Source: Octopus sinensis (lineage: Eukaryota). Taken from it: 64,000 nucleotides of DNA. The stretch is taken from assembly GCF_006345805.1 (NCBI RefSeq), contig NC_042999.1, positions 137,082,001-137,146,000 of the forward strand, in the 5' to 3' direction. Within the stretch, counting starts at the first letter, position 1. Each line of letters opens with the position of its first letter. Positions 25,590 to 39,521 of this stretch are shown piece by piece. The notes under the pieces were generated by a model. The model was not told the DNA's origin. It saw only the letters and a list, made by a program, of their open reading frames with translations, and searched no databases. The translations under genes and the position numbers were made by a program.

Positions 25590-28079
25590 TAAGCAAGAGT
25601 GACAGAGTGAAATGAGAGACTGAGTGTGGGGTATAATCGTCTTTTCCTTGCTTTGAAATGGGGTATGGGGTCCTGCCTCAATGACAATTTCAATAGCCAG
25701 TCACAAACCAAGTCTTTTATAATGTGAGAAAATTGAAAATAATTCTGGACATGCTTGAACGACACCCATCAAATGGTTAAAATTAAAGTCAAAATCTGTC
25801 TGGAACCTTGTGTGTGAATGGAAAAAAAGAAAAGAACTCTGAAATGAAGTGACGGTATGAAAACAAATTGTTTAAGCGAGCATTAAGATCTTAGAAAGTG
25901 GGCTGAGCTGTCAGCTATATATCTATATTACAAAGCAATATTTCAATAACTTGGTACTCAAAGAATATTAAGGAGTTTAATTGACTTTTTACTAAAAGCT
26001 TCCCATCACACAAAAATAAAAAGATAAAGAGAAAATCACCTGGAAACAATATGGTATCTGCATATACAACTTCCAAGCAATCCAGATAAATTATTCATAA
26101 AAACTGATATAGTGGGGAGAAGCCTACACAAGTTGACAAAAGCTTCAGGCCCTCAGCAAACAATGTTTGAAAAGACATTATCCAAAAATGAATAGACAAT
26201 GTATGATGACTACCTTCAATGGATAGAGCAGTCACTTTAGAAAGTAGTAAAGCATGATGGCTTTAGTTCTGATGGTATAAATAAAACTAAAGAATAAATC
26301 TCAAAGAATTAGAAATGGAAGAGAAAATGGTATGGTAAGTGCAATGACAAAGGAACCTGGCCATATTCGATGGTGTCAGTCCTGTTTTGCAATCATTTGT
26401 ATATATTTGTTTTTACTTTTCTCTTTTATGCTCTTTTCTATATATTTCTTTTCAGACTCTTTACCCCTTCTTTCCTTATTTGCCTCTATCTCTCCTCATC
26501 TCCCTCTTTGTATGTATATAAATAAATGTACACTGACCAGTATCTGAAAATGCTAACTTTGTGTGTGTGTGTGGATTTGGCCAGTTTGCACATAAAGCAG
26601 GAAGAATATCTTCACCAGTTATGGGTCAGCTTAAATGCTAAAGGGCTAATTTATTGCTGATGCTATAATACATATACCTGTGAGTGTGTGTGTGCTTGTG
26701 TTTATAATAGCTGGAAGTGGTTGTGATAAAAGTGGATTATGATGCTGTTAGTATTCATAGCAGTAATGACATGAAAATGGCAATTCTGAAACTTGTCTCA
26801 CATTTCTTTTTAAAAGATTTCCCCTCCACTCTTTTCCCACCAAAAAACCCCCTATTTCCCCCAGAACTAATTTACAGTTTGCAGTTCTTGTATCTCTGTC
26901 TGTCGTCTTCATCATCTTCACCCTTGCAAGCATCATCACTCCTCTTCATGGCACAAGAATCTTTCTCACCCCAATGTCAGCAGTTGAGATGGTATTGTCA
27001 TCATTATCATCACCATTATCTTCATCATCATTACAGCCACCACCACCACCACCATTACCATTATCTCTACTTATATAGTCTCCAGTGTCCATAATCAGCA
27101 ATTACCTAAATTCCTGCTGTCTTCTAATCCCACCTGAAATCACTTCAAATTTCTACAAAACATACTCACACACACACACATATATATTTATAAAGATGGA
27201 TTTAGTGATTTCACTTGATGGGTAATCTGTATATCTTACAACTACTACTTTGCTTCTGTGTATGTGTGTGTGCAAGTATGTTTGTATTTATGATATTGTA
27301 AAGTTGGACATTTTGCCTTCTTAATCTTATCAACCATTTGATAAAATATTCATATAAAACCCATCTTCTCCTTTATTGTTAATACCATACCTTGCTTTAC
27401 TTGTCTTACTCTGGCTTATCATAAGTATGCTCTATGTGAAACCTTAGAAACATTTTATTCCTTTGCACACTCAGCATCAGTTAATCAAATCAGTATGTGT
27501 TATGTGGCTTTTATCTATTATTTATATTTCTTTACTGTCTGTTTACCTTATGTATTCTTGATCAACACTACTTGAGACACATGTAGCGTTATAAACATTT
27601 TATTTAGTAGCAAACTCTTATTAATAACCCATCAAATAAACTGAATATATGTCCACATATCTGAATAATGTAAACTAGTGTTTCTCATAGGAGGAGTTCA
27701 GTGAGGCTGTGTAAATAGGGAAGTACCAAACCTATTTGCTTATATAGACACAAAGTCTCAAATTTTTGGGAAGGGAGAAGTTGATCATATGGAACCCAGT
27801 ACTCAAATGGGATTGATATAATATAAAGATAGTGGATTTTGTCAATCCACTACCCTTAAAACATTAATTTAATAAACATATAAATGCCATTTTTTCTTAG
27901 ATATCATCTTCTGATCCACACACCCAACTCACACAAACTCTTAGCATGCAATCTTCCAACTTTCCCAGGAAAACCTTCCAATTATCATTAAAATACACTT
28001 GCATACCAACAAAGAGAGCAAAATAAATAAAAAAACAAAAACCTAAAAGAACAAAAACAAAACTCTTTCAAAACAAAAA

Positions 28080-28330
28080 AAACATAATGAGTTTCACCAT
28101 GAAACAGAATCAAGGATTATAGAATTCAATGATATCATAATCACCAAAATAGAAACTGGAATATATAGATATTCAATAAAATAATTATAGATATATTGCA
28201 AAACATATTCCACAAGGTAACATAAAAAGAATACAACCCCAACTGCACACCAGAAATAGCTGATGTCATAAAACCAAAGACAACTTCAAATGCAATACAC
28301 CAAAATCACGCACAACCAAAATAAACTCAG
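28080..28330 (+). mobile_element. Possible highly decayed Penelope-like RT remnant
   Basis: FTMKQ...IEFNDIIITKIETGIYR (across a frameshift) loosely resembles the PLE motif FTME...PFLDILI...ETDIYRK. Confidence 0.3.
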
Positions 28331-29490
28331 CACCAAATGACTAAACAAAACAATAACAAAAAAAAAAAAAACTGAGAAGAATAGAAAAATGAAGCTGGTA
28401 AATATTTATATCCAAGCTAAACCATAAAACTAACAATGTAATGAACTCTCACAAGACATATGTATAACATCCAGACATCTAAGTAGCAATGTCCAAAAAA
28501 AAAAAAGACTATCTCTCCATTCAGCCCAGACAAGAAATAGGAATATATACATACAGAAAAAATAGCTGCAACAACTATAGCTCTAAAACTTGTGTGAGGT
28601 GTACACTATAGTGTACAGTAAGTAAAGAGGAACAGCAACTGCTGATCTTTAATCAAGTCACCTTGTTTACATCTGCTAGGGCCACAACCAGAATCTGAGT
28701 GCAATGAGTGCACAGGGAGAGACTGGATAAAGGAGAGAGTGGAAATGTCCATTTGATTCACAAGTGAATGTCAGACTATGTAATAGGGTTCTCAGATGGG
28801 GTTGGGTGGGATGGGTGGGCATATTATAACTGGAAAAACAAACCTGTGGGTCACATCTTATCATTTGGTTGACTACCCACATACCATAAGCCTGCTCAAT
28901 CAGGGCTGACAACAATAACCTGAACATTGTAAATAGAATATTCATTGCTCTCTCATTCATGCTCACCTTTCTCTTTTTCTTTGTGTTTCTTTATTTACAG
29001 CCTTTTCAAATATTTACTAAAAGTAGTTGGAGACAAAATTGGGAGTAATATTTACTAATGGTAGTTGGGGAGAGGGAGTTGGGAAAATTTTCACACACAC
29101 AAATAAATAAATAAATAAACTTACAGCTCCTTGTTTCATGTCAGTTTCTTTTATTTAGTGGTTCATGGGAAATTCACAAAGTATTGACAGGGAGTGGGAG
29201 AACTAAAAGCTTCAGGTTTAAGTAGAGGGTAAAAGACAGGTCATCTTAGCTAAGCTGACATCTTTACAAGCTATACATACAGGAGAATTTGAAGTTGTGT
29301 CTGTAGACTAACAAAACATTCATCAATATTTTAGTATTTCTGTTGTTGCTTATACCGCCTATTTACAGCCAGGTACATTTCTGTGCCAACTGAGTATCCA
29401 GTGAGTGTCTTGACCATCAGCATTTCAGCTGGCAACTCCAATACCTTGCCAACTGAAAGGACCAGCACTTTAATCTTAAAACTATTGCAC

Positions 29491-29491
<1 letters not shown>

Positions 29492-29552
<61 letters not shown>
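29492..29552. repeat. (TG)n microsatellite
   Basis: Directly visible. Confidence 0.97.
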
Positions 29553-29561
<9 letters not shown>

Positions 29562-30060
29562 TGGTGGAGTTGTCTTCATTGTCATCACCATTAATACTGT
29601 CATCTTTCTCATTACTACTGCTACCACCACACCACCATCACCACCATCACCATCAACATCCTCATTATTATCAGCATCATTGTCATCATTATCATGAGCC
29701 AATAAGATAGTTTCTATGTGGTTGGAAATCACAACCAAATCTTCTTCAAATCACACTGCGCTATCTTAAAGAAATAAAGATACATTTGATGTACTGTGTC
29801 TAAAACAGAACAAGATGTTCATACCAAAGACCCTCTAATCACAGTTAACATGGAATTAAATAACAAATCATCATTACTATAATCTTCATCAGGTTCATCA
29901 GCTCCAGCAATACCACATTAAATTCTAAAAATATATGTATGACTTAGAAAATGAAGAGCAGAGTAGATGACCTTTTATTTTTGCAGGGCATTTATTTAAT
30001 ACTTGTATGAGGAAAAAGCTGAACTAACTATAGCTAATGGTTTAATCACTTAGATCAGTT

Positions 30061-30158
30061 ACTTGACCTTCAGAGTCAGATGATGGTCACAAACCAAGTG
30101 CTGGAGTGACTTGACCTTGCCAAGAGCCAGATGATGGTGACAATCCAAGTGCTGGATT
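30061..30158. repeat. Two-copy ~49-bp tandem duplication
   Basis: ACTTGACCTT..AGAG.CAGATGATGGT.ACAA.CCAAGTGCTGGA occurs twice. Confidence 0.85.
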
Positions 30159-30612
30159 AATTCTAACCCTCCATCAAGACCAGGTATAATCAATCTAACA
30201 GTTCCCATCTATACAATTTCAAACACAATGTATGTTTCAATCTGAGTCTATAGTAGAAAACACTTGCCCTAGACTGGAACTATGTGGTTTGAAAGCAAAC
30301 ATCTTAACCACCCTACCACATCTACATCCATGTATTGATGCAAATGTTGATGATGTCTTATTACAGTCAACTTTGCCTTTTATCCTTTGGAGGTAAATAA
30401 ATAAGTAGCAGTTAATTACTGAGGTCTATTTTTAATTATTTCTTTCCTAATAAACTTCATTTGAGGACAATTTTGCTGCTATTTCAAACAGGTCCTGAGC
30501 TTTATAGAGTCTCTCTTGTTGATTCAAACCACATTATCTAATCCGACCCTTTAAATAGAGATATTTGGTTATTTGGTTGGGTATTATTTGAGGTAGATTT
30601 GGTGGAGTGCAC

Positions 30613-30821
30613 CCTTCAAAACTTCCATGCTTCCTGAGATTCGCCAACATTACACCTGATTTTCTCCCCTCCATACACACGCAAGCATGTATCTGACTGA
30701 TACACTGTTCACTTCCCAGACATTTGTACATTAATGCATATGCTTTATATGCACTTTTGACAAGTTGTGGTGCACCTGAGCACTGTACACAATAATTTCA
30801 TTATTATTATTATTATTATAA

Positions 30822-30856
<35 letters not shown>
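30613..30856 (+). mobile_element. CR1 extreme 3' end (same family as 22655-23205)
   Basis: KTSMLPEIRQHYT* matches KALMLSEIRRNYT*; shares GTGCACCTGAGCACTGTACACAAT and a (TAT)n tail. Confidence 0.88.
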
Positions 30857-30858
<2 letters not shown>

Positions 30859-31461
30859 ATACATCACAGGCATTGTTTCTGTTGTTTACCTCAAGTCAAC
30901 TCTGATTTAGATCTACACATACATTCTTTGTGCAGCCGTTCAGTCTTTCTTTTATCAGATATACTGTATCTAGAACCCCATTATTCACTGTATGGGATGT
31001 GATCTGAGGAAGAGTTATCATTTCTAGCAGACCGAAGGAGCAGAGGATCCCTTACTGTCTCTGTTAGGACTGATCCAAAACGTTCCCCCTTTTAGACGCT
31101 GTTTATCTAACACCACATTGATTGTATATTTTAAAAGTAATAATGTAATTTGAGGGAGATTTGGCAGCTATTTCTAGCAGGTCGAACGAATTCGCGAAGG
31201 CCCTCTTTTTGGCTAAATATTTCTTAAGCTGTTTAGCTCCAAATTAGTACTAATTAAGTAGACTGCTGATCCCAGGCATTTTGGCCTTCAATATACTGCC
31301 TCTTTAAGGGTATGTAAGACTGGATTAACTTGATTTTTACTTTTTTTTTAAAAAAGAAAATAGGGTGTGATTTGAAGGAATTCGACTGCTATGTCTACCA
31401 TGTCAAACAACCACGTCGAGACGCTGTCGTTGACCCTAAATTCCCACCAGTTGACACCCCT

Positions 31462-31900
31462 GCTCACCTTCAGGCCATGCTGTTGACAATACAAAAAGTA
31501 GTTCAGACACGTAAACAACGTATTAAGAAAAAAGTTTTCTTTTTTACAGTTTATTATTATTTTCCTTAGTAAAATTGTAATGGGACACGCTATTGTCGTC
31601 ATGTTTTTGGAGAGGTTTAACTGCTGCTGTGCTACCGCTGTTAATGATACTACTATTACAACTTGTGTCACCCTCAGAGACTACTACTAGATATAAAGCC
31701 ACGTCGTATAATCTCTTTCTTTTCTCCGACGAGGGGCACCGCCCAAAACGTTACACTTCCTCATCTGTCTCATTGCACATCGACCCTACACTTCTTTTGA
31801 TTTTCCACAAAACGATCCATGTCAAACATAGATACACACTCTCTCACTTTCTCTCTCTTTCTTTCTTATTTTTCACTTACATAATAACAGTTACTTTTGG
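31462..31900 (-). promoter_or_regulatory. Candidate first exon/5' splice donor of the minus-strand gene, at the edge of the CpG-rich domain
   Basis: Strong donor AAG|GTGAGC (exon edge 31468) about 0.45 kb inside the CpG-rich region; the left flank is CpG-depleted like a methylated gene body. Confidence 0.35.
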
Positions 31901-33619
31901 ACTTAGTACAAACGTCGTCTGTATTGAGGTTATTATTGATTAACCTCAGGTCGACTCTGATTAACAGACCTTTGATCTAAGACGCTTCAGCAACTGATCA
32001 TCGTATTTTTTGTATATCAAGGACTATATTATCTAATATGTGTGCAGTAAGGGTTTATTTGAAGAAGATTTGGCTGCTATTTCTAAGTGGTGATCAATTA
32101 GTTATGAGAAGATCGCCTTCAAGCCGGTCGAACAATCAATCACGTAGAAGCATCTCTGTTGGCTCATAAGCAGCAGAGTATATGAAGTAGCTTCAACCGG
32201 GAAATGAAACAGCATTCTCGACCCTGACATGCCGGGAGTTTATCTCTATGCTCCTACAATCGCCACTTCAGACTTAATTTATGGTTATAATTTTTAATAT
32301 GGGCACAAGAATAAAAACAGTGGATTCAATCAGTCTCACTGATTTTATCGATCTGGTGGGGCGGAAATGTAATGTCGACCTCGGCGAAATTTGAACTTAC
32401 GTTTCAAGTTCAAATTCTGCTGGGCGGATGTTTTGGGTTGTTTCATTTATGTATTAATACGCCGGTAGGGTTACTCTTGAGAGTGTGTATATGTAGTAGA
32501 AACACACCATACAGGACGGGTAATAAATGTGTCAACAACCAACTTGTTTTGTATTTGTGTATCAGTAAACGAATATTTCTGCCAGCGAACACACGCACAC
32601 ACATTTATCCTACAAATAGTAATAAAATGTATAGCCAAGTATTATAGTTTAATGACATGAAAAATATTTCTATATTTTGTCACCTGAAGATTTGTTTAGA
32701 TATCCTTGTCTATTTGAAGTAGTTAGATTCCCACTATGTAATTGAAGTTAATCATATCAAATTTGTTATTATCTAAAATATTGATGTTTTTTTATTTATT
32801 AAGTACCAAACGTCATATTTTGATGGGAGAGAAGTTGAGGTGTTCATGCATTTCCAATTCGTATGAGTGTCATAAATGAAGTGAGTTGGGTGACAATGAC
32901 GGGAATCCGAAACCCTGTTGCGTGGTTTTAGCGTACCACAAGATCTACGGCTGTTCGTCTGCCTTCTGAGATAGTATTTATTGAATTGAATTCTCAGGGT
33001 AAAAAAAAAAATATATATATATATGTATATATATGCAGATATATTGATTGCTAGACAATAAATATAAATATAAGTTAAAATAAAGAAATAATTATGTGAG
33101 AAATTACAATGATTACCTTAGAATCGAGACCTACTTTTTGTTTTTGTTTTAGGCGGAAGGTTATACGGTGTAACGTTATGCTTTTGCCAATGTTAGTTGT
33201 CAATGTGCAAGATAAAGAAAAGGAAAAGAAAAAGTAAAGGAGAGCAGAACCTGCTTGACACTTGGCTGATGCAGGAGAAGCTTGGTGGTGATATGGCAGC
33301 GGCAACTTGTTACACACGTTCCGCTGTTGCTGCTCGTTTCTCCAATGTACATAGTAGAATAATAATAACAACAGTAATTACAATGATGTTGTTGAGTTGG
33401 TGGCACCAGTAAACAAAATATTGTGCTAAAGAACGAAAAAAAAAAAAGAAAGGAAAAAACTATTTATACAACTAAACGAACAACAGCACCACAAGTTGCT
33501 GTTGATTAGTGTGCGTGTATATATATATATATATATATTATATATTTTTCTCTGTCGTGTGACCGTCGCAAAGTGCTATTAATATTTCCATCTACCTTTT
33601 TCCTCCTCTTTACATCGTC

Positions 33620-33688
33620 ATGGGTAGTGGAAGGTGTTCTTTATCGCCGACCAATACGGCAATAATGGTCATTTTTGTCCTACAGCTG
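33620..33688 (+). CDS. NKAIN: First coding exon of a Na+/K+-ATPase-interacting protein (NKAIN family): MGSGRCSLSPTNTAIMVIFVLQL
   Basis: ATG, 23 codons, then a perfect GTAAGT donor in phase 0. Resembles vertebrate NKAIN N-termini (MGxCS/TGRCxL...LQL), whose first intron, as I recall, falls after the same LQL. Exon 2 (ERQxFDFLGYxWAP) was not found downstream in the window. Confidence 0.65.
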
Positions 33689-35670
33689 GTAAGTTATCAC
33701 ATTTTTTAAAGAAAATTTCTTTTCCATATTAATCTTCTTTTATCATTTATTTTATTTATATTATTCATTTCGTCACCCCTCCTCACTCAAAAATACGTGT
33801 AATCATTCATCTATTTGACGGTAAAACCCCCTTTTCACAAAAAAGGTGAGGTGACAACCGACACGCATCCATCCACTAGTGACCTGTTTGTGTTAAACCG
33901 TTTGTTTAAAATAATAGAGGGAATAATAATTTTGACTGTTTTTCATTGTATATCGTCTTTTGTTTTCTTTTTTGTCTCACCTACCTTGCTAAATGCTAAG
34001 TAATAAATTCTGTGCGAGTTTCATTATAATATGCACGTGTTTGTGTATATGTGTGTGCAGGTACACACACGCATGTTTCCGCCTATGAAAACACCCATTC
34101 ATATTATGAATATATATATATTCATCCTTGCGACAAAATCTTTCAAGTAATGAAGTCTTTTTAAGAAAGTGTTTTCTTTCATTTGCCCCAAAGACAAACA
34201 AAGGCAACACAGACCTACAATAATAATAATAGTAACCGTGTTTCATTTTACCGATATCCGCAACTCGGTTTCGATCACCGGTCGAAACAATTTCCCTTTA
34301 ATAACCTAAAAGAAAGGCATGCATGTCATAACGACCATGTTCACCCTCGACTACTTCTCTGATCGTTCCTTATAAATTATTATATTTGCTATTATTCTTT
34401 TTAAACAAGAGTTTATCTTCAGCCCACCAAGGAATTTAAAGGAGGTAGAAATTATATCAAGCAGACGTTCAATTTATACTTAGTCCCACATTATTAGATT
34501 TAATGCTTTACATTTAAGAAATCCTGAAAAATCAAAATTTTATACTTCAGTGGCTAACGAAACATTATTTTAAACTGTATTTCTGTTTATAAGAAAGGTA
34601 TGAGGGCAATTTAATCTTGTTCCTATTCCCTGTAATGGGCCTAATGCTTAACGGATCCATTGTATTTCTGGACTATTTATCGTGTCTATTGAGTGCTCCT
34701 CTCTCTCCCATTTGTAAATCCTAACGTATTTGAGAGAGATCGTTAAAGGGAGAATATTTTATTCCTGCATAACTGTAAATACTTGTGCCGCATTTACAGA
34801 TATCACAATTACAGCATGCTGTTTATTTTCCTTTGTTGAACATTCTCGTTGTTTATGAAACCTGGCGAGAAAGTATGAGGGTGACTGACTACCTTTCTGA
34901 ACTGCGAAATTATAGCTGGTATGCAGGAATAGTATGACACTGACCAGTTTAGTGGACAATCCCACATTTGGTCTCTCCATTCACCTGATGTTGTGTTGTT
35001 GATAGCAACTCGCCCACAGTGATAGTAGTTATGAAAATGGTTTCTATAAATAGCTTCAGAAACACCTACAATTTTTTGTATTCGGTCCCGTTGTGGTTGT
35101 TCAGCCCTGTCTCGACGCTGCTTGATTGACTTTTCAAAGGCCTCTGAAATATCCTGTCATTTATTTTTATCCCGTTTATCATAGCCACCAACACAGTCTC
35201 TTCACTTTATTTACATGGCTTTGAGAAAAGCATAAACCTGATAGTCTCTGCCTTCCTCTCTCTCTCATTAATAAAGGAAAAGAAATTGTAAATTAACGAC
35301 TAATCTCCTGACGAGCTGAAAACTCTGGTTTCGATTTTTGGTGGTAACCATTTTACCTGTGTAGCTCATAACAAAGAAAGGTATAGCTGTCACATAAAAC
35401 CATTTCCTTCTCTTTTGTTAATCTGAAAGTATGTGTTGAAATTGTCATTTCGAGGAAAAAGAATATAATTTAGAAAAGGTGAATACTAAGAATATAGTAG
35501 CGGTTGAAATCGGTAAATAATTAAAATATAGGCATGTACACTCTCTCAACTATTTCATTGTACCAAGGGGAAACAAGTGTCCTCTTCTAGAAATGTTTGG
35601 AACACACCCTAAACATAGCATTACCATGGCTGCTTAAGTAACAAATCAGTATTTCCAGACAGAACAGTAA

Positions 35671-35833
35671 CCCATTAGCGCCCGTGGTCCTTTTTTTCCC
35701 CCCCTTAAGTTAGTCATCAAGACTGGAGTGTCTTTCAAATATTGTAATAAAAATTTTTAATACATTTAATATCAGATAAAGTTGTATAAAAGATTTTTGG
35801 TAATAAATAAATAAAAAATTGGGTACTAATGGG
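35671..35833. mobile_element. piggyBac-like MITE
   Basis: TIRs CCCATTAGCGCCC/GGGTACTAATGGG; flanks GTAA and TTAA. Confidence 0.65.
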
Positions 35834-37058
35834 TTAACGTTCTATCTGTTGATAAAGTGCCCTTTCCAATGTTTTAGACACAGTTGTCATGAGATATGTC
35901 CATATCGCAACTGTCCAAACATCACAGGCAGTAGCTTATTGATGTCGTGAGAGAAATGGACAAAATGCCTGCGGTGTTTATAGATACAGCCCTCTTCGCT
36001 CTGAGTTCAAATCCTACTAAGGTCGATTTTATTTTTCATTCTTATGGGGTTGATAAAAGTAGTAAAGTACCGGCTCAATTTGATGTCTCTACAATATATT
36101 TTTAGCTGTGTATAGAACTGTAATGGACCTAGTCTTTTAAACGAACACAAAACATTTTGTAAGGCAGATTATATTGTGTTGTGATGTTCATAACTTACTG
36201 AGGAAGAATAAAAAAAAAAACATTGGATGAAGGGAAATATCACATGAACCAATTCGCTATTAGAAACTATTAAAGGGCATTTAAGAGAGAGAAGGATTGC
36301 CATACATTTCGTTAAATTTGTTTACACACTTGTCCTTTTTTTTTTTTTATATATCAGCACAATGCATAAAATTTATAGTTTAAACAGTAAATAGGTTATC
36401 GTTAACCATGCAAACGAAATAATTTGACTTCAACAGGTGACGAAACAAGTTTGCGGACTCGACTAGCCTAGTTGCTGACACTTGTGGATTATATTTCATT
36501 ATCTCTAGGAAGTAGTTGTTAAAGTTTAAATGTTAGCTAGGTTAAATTTATTTGTATTAACGTTGCTGAAATTTTATTTAACGAATACAGATAACCAAAG
36601 CCGTCTTAGCATTATTGGCCCTCGGGTAAATCAATGCACTGGAGCCTATAGTATTATATTGACAGCAAACTACAACATACACGGATCAAAATTAGGCCCC
36701 TACACAGATGAGACCTCCCAACCCGAACAAACTACCTAATGTGCCCATAGCACTACAGATAATTGTTTTTCAGGGAAATATTCTGGAGTTAGGCGAGGAG
36801 AGAAGTGCTTTATCTTTATTTCGAATCTTTCTATATAATCCCTGATCAAAGGCATTCTAGGTATGATCAACCTGACTTAGTACACTGTACCTGCACAGTG
36901 TACCTTGGACAACGCTATCCAATGTTTCTTTTTCCTAAGGCCCAGGTTGTAATTTGAAGGTGAAGTGCTTGCAACTTTATCATGTCAAGCGACTAGGTAG
37001 AAATTCCCTTTCTCAATAATATTTGTAATTGTCTCTTCTTAAATCGACAAACCCATTA

Positions 37059-37092
<34 letters not shown>

Positions 37093-38584
37093 ATCGTAAC
37101 ATTCTTTGATTCCGATTTTATAAACAAACATAAAAAAGAGAAAAAAATTCCTTTGTAGGTGCCGGGTAGTTTCGACTCACTCAATGTTTATAAAGTTGAA
37201 TTTGATAATTTTCATTTGACTATGTGAGCACAGTCTATTGTATGTATCACGAAATATTTATAGACTTCGAGTGATTGTCCAACAGAGCCAAACACATGAG
37301 CCGGTTTCCAAACATGTTGTCTATCACGTCATCCTGAATTGCTAGAAACAACAGCTAAATCTCCCTGAAATCATTTTAAATAAGGAAAGAATGTACTAGG
37401 TAGTGTACTCCTCCAACCACCCAAACAGACTGCATGATCACAGCTTGAATATTTTTAATTATAGGTTTACTTGATCAAGGATGACTTGGGCAAAGCAACA
37501 CAAATTAACGAAACGAGGAGGCTTCTACGTAGTCTTGCGACCTGCTAAAAATAGCAGCCAAATCTAGCTTAAGAACCGCGTTTACTCGATTACAATGCGA
37601 TCTTGAATGTAATGCAGTTCCTAGTTTTGGTACATAAAAGTCAGAAATATTTTATCTCCGACTTTTTTTTACACTCGACTTTCATGATAATCCTCAATTT
37701 TCTAATCTGATAGCTTGCATTAAATTTCTCGTATTATGCAAAATAAATAATGTAGACCCCACTTCCAAGCTATCTTAAAAGGGGAACATGGTGTATGTGA
37801 ATTCCTTCTCACAAAAATAAAACATGATGATAAAAGCTGGAATGCCTTTGATGTCCTCGTTCGGAGCTGACCGATGGTTAAACAAAACAAACAATAACGT
37901 CATTCACATCGATTTCTATAAAAAAATTTGAGACTTTACGCCAAGAAAGAAATTTTTTTCTTTTTAAGCTTTGAGGGAAAAAAAAGTTGCCCCTTTTTTT
38001 TTTTTTTTTGGTATATTAACCGTCTCCATTATTAGAATTCTTTTGTTAGATTTCAAATAATATATCGATGTTTTCACAGTCACTCCACAGTAGTATAGAA
38101 AATATTTGAAACATTTATTACACTAAAGCGATAAAAGGCTGCGATGTGTCATTGAGTTCAAATCCTGCTGAAGTTAGCATTACCTTTTATCCCTTCTGGG
38201 ATCGATAAAATAAATCTCCGGCATGTATTAGAGGCGATATTGCCAACTATACTCTTCTCTTAAAATTTTGTTTATCGTGAACCTGTGTGAGAAATCAATA
38301 GTTTATGCAGGGGTGGGTGAAGGGAGAGGCTGGGGTATCAAGAGTATTGATCTAAAAGGTGGCCATTGTTTTTCAAAGCTTTTTTTTTTTTTTTTTGTAA
38401 TATTTAATTCCTGACTGATGGGTTTTGAAATTTAACGATCTTTCAAAATTGATTACGTCCATTTTCGGCTGTCTTCTACCAGACATGCTTCGTTGATTCC
38501 ATTTCTTCGTTTGGAAAGGTTTGCTGATTCGACAATTTAGTTGCTGTTATTGTTGATGTTTAGCCTCGAGTCACGTCACTCTTG

Positions 38585-38745
38585 ATTGAGCATACCTACG
38601 ATCAAAGGCATTCCAGCTGTAACCACCTCCCCTTTATTAAGGGTAGCAGGACTACACTATATAGTGTACTTTCTTAACCTTATTTAAAATGGTAGGGTGT
38701 AGTTTAAGGGAGAGTTGACTGCTATTTCTTGCAGGTCAAGCAGCT
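38585..38745 (+). repeat. Old dispersed repeat with core GGGAGATTTGGCTGCTATTTCTAGCAGG
   Basis: The core recurs near 2880, 3058 (rc), 31160, 32070, 37340 (rc), 37550 (rc), 38718, 43618 and 60068; probably an ancient SINE. Confidence 0.6.
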
Positions 38746-39378
38746 TCTCTGGCAATTTCTTGATCAAGTTAGCAAACTGTGAAATTTTATATAAAGATTT
38801 TTATAGATCTTCATAAAACGTAGCCATTACTATTGTTTATTTATTTTAATCTTTTATATTTATTCAATTCTAATTAAAAAAAAAAAAGGTCTTTAATAAA
38901 TGCAATAGTGTGTGTCGAAGATGATTTTCTTAATATAGATAGAATTTCTTGGAATTTTGCATTTAAAAAACAAAACTGTTGTTTATCTTATGTCGGTATT
39001 CTTTCGTTACATTTTGTAACGGAAGAATACCATTATATCTATTACATGTAGATTGCTATACAATATAGTGTGTAGAGGGGGAAAAAAAACTCGACGGTAA
39101 TCGAATCTATAATCTCTGCTTACCATCCACCTGGACTCCATAAATCTTTGTTCTTGATCGTTTGAAGTGTGTGTGTATATGTAACACCGCGGGGGAAAAA
39201 AGCGGTGTTGTTTATGTTCCATAACTTAGCGGTTTCACACGTGTGTGTGTATGTGTGTATAAGAGAGCGGGCGAAATCCTTCAGTATAGTAGACGATGTT
39301 ATTCACCTACACAACGTTCCCTCATGACAGATACAGGAGGTTGGCGTCGTCTACTAATGCCGAAGGACTACTTATATA

Positions 39379-39428
<50 letters not shown>

Positions 39429-39483
39429 ATGAATCGCTAGCTTCTGCACGCATTTTTTTCTTTCCATGTTTCTTTTCTGTGTA

Positions 39484-39521
39484 TCTTTCTGTTGAAGAGC
39501 GTAGGCTCGAAACGTAAAAGA
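39484..39521 (+). ncRNA. Minimal type I hammerhead-ribozyme-like motif within a Penelope-pLTR-like repeat (~39440-39620)
   Basis: TCTTT-CTGTTGA-A-GAGC-gtag-GCTC-GAAA-CGT-A-AAAGA: 5-bp stem I, 4-bp stem II, palindromic ACGT stem III, GUA cleavage triplet. One core deviation (U at A6). Confidence 0.6.

Noticed and set aside
31348-31671. 107-aa minus-strand ORF with an SPRY-like SRGVNWWEFRV word
   Set aside because: The similarity is confined to about 10 residues, and a strong donor interrupts it at 31467; more likely first exon/intron sequence.
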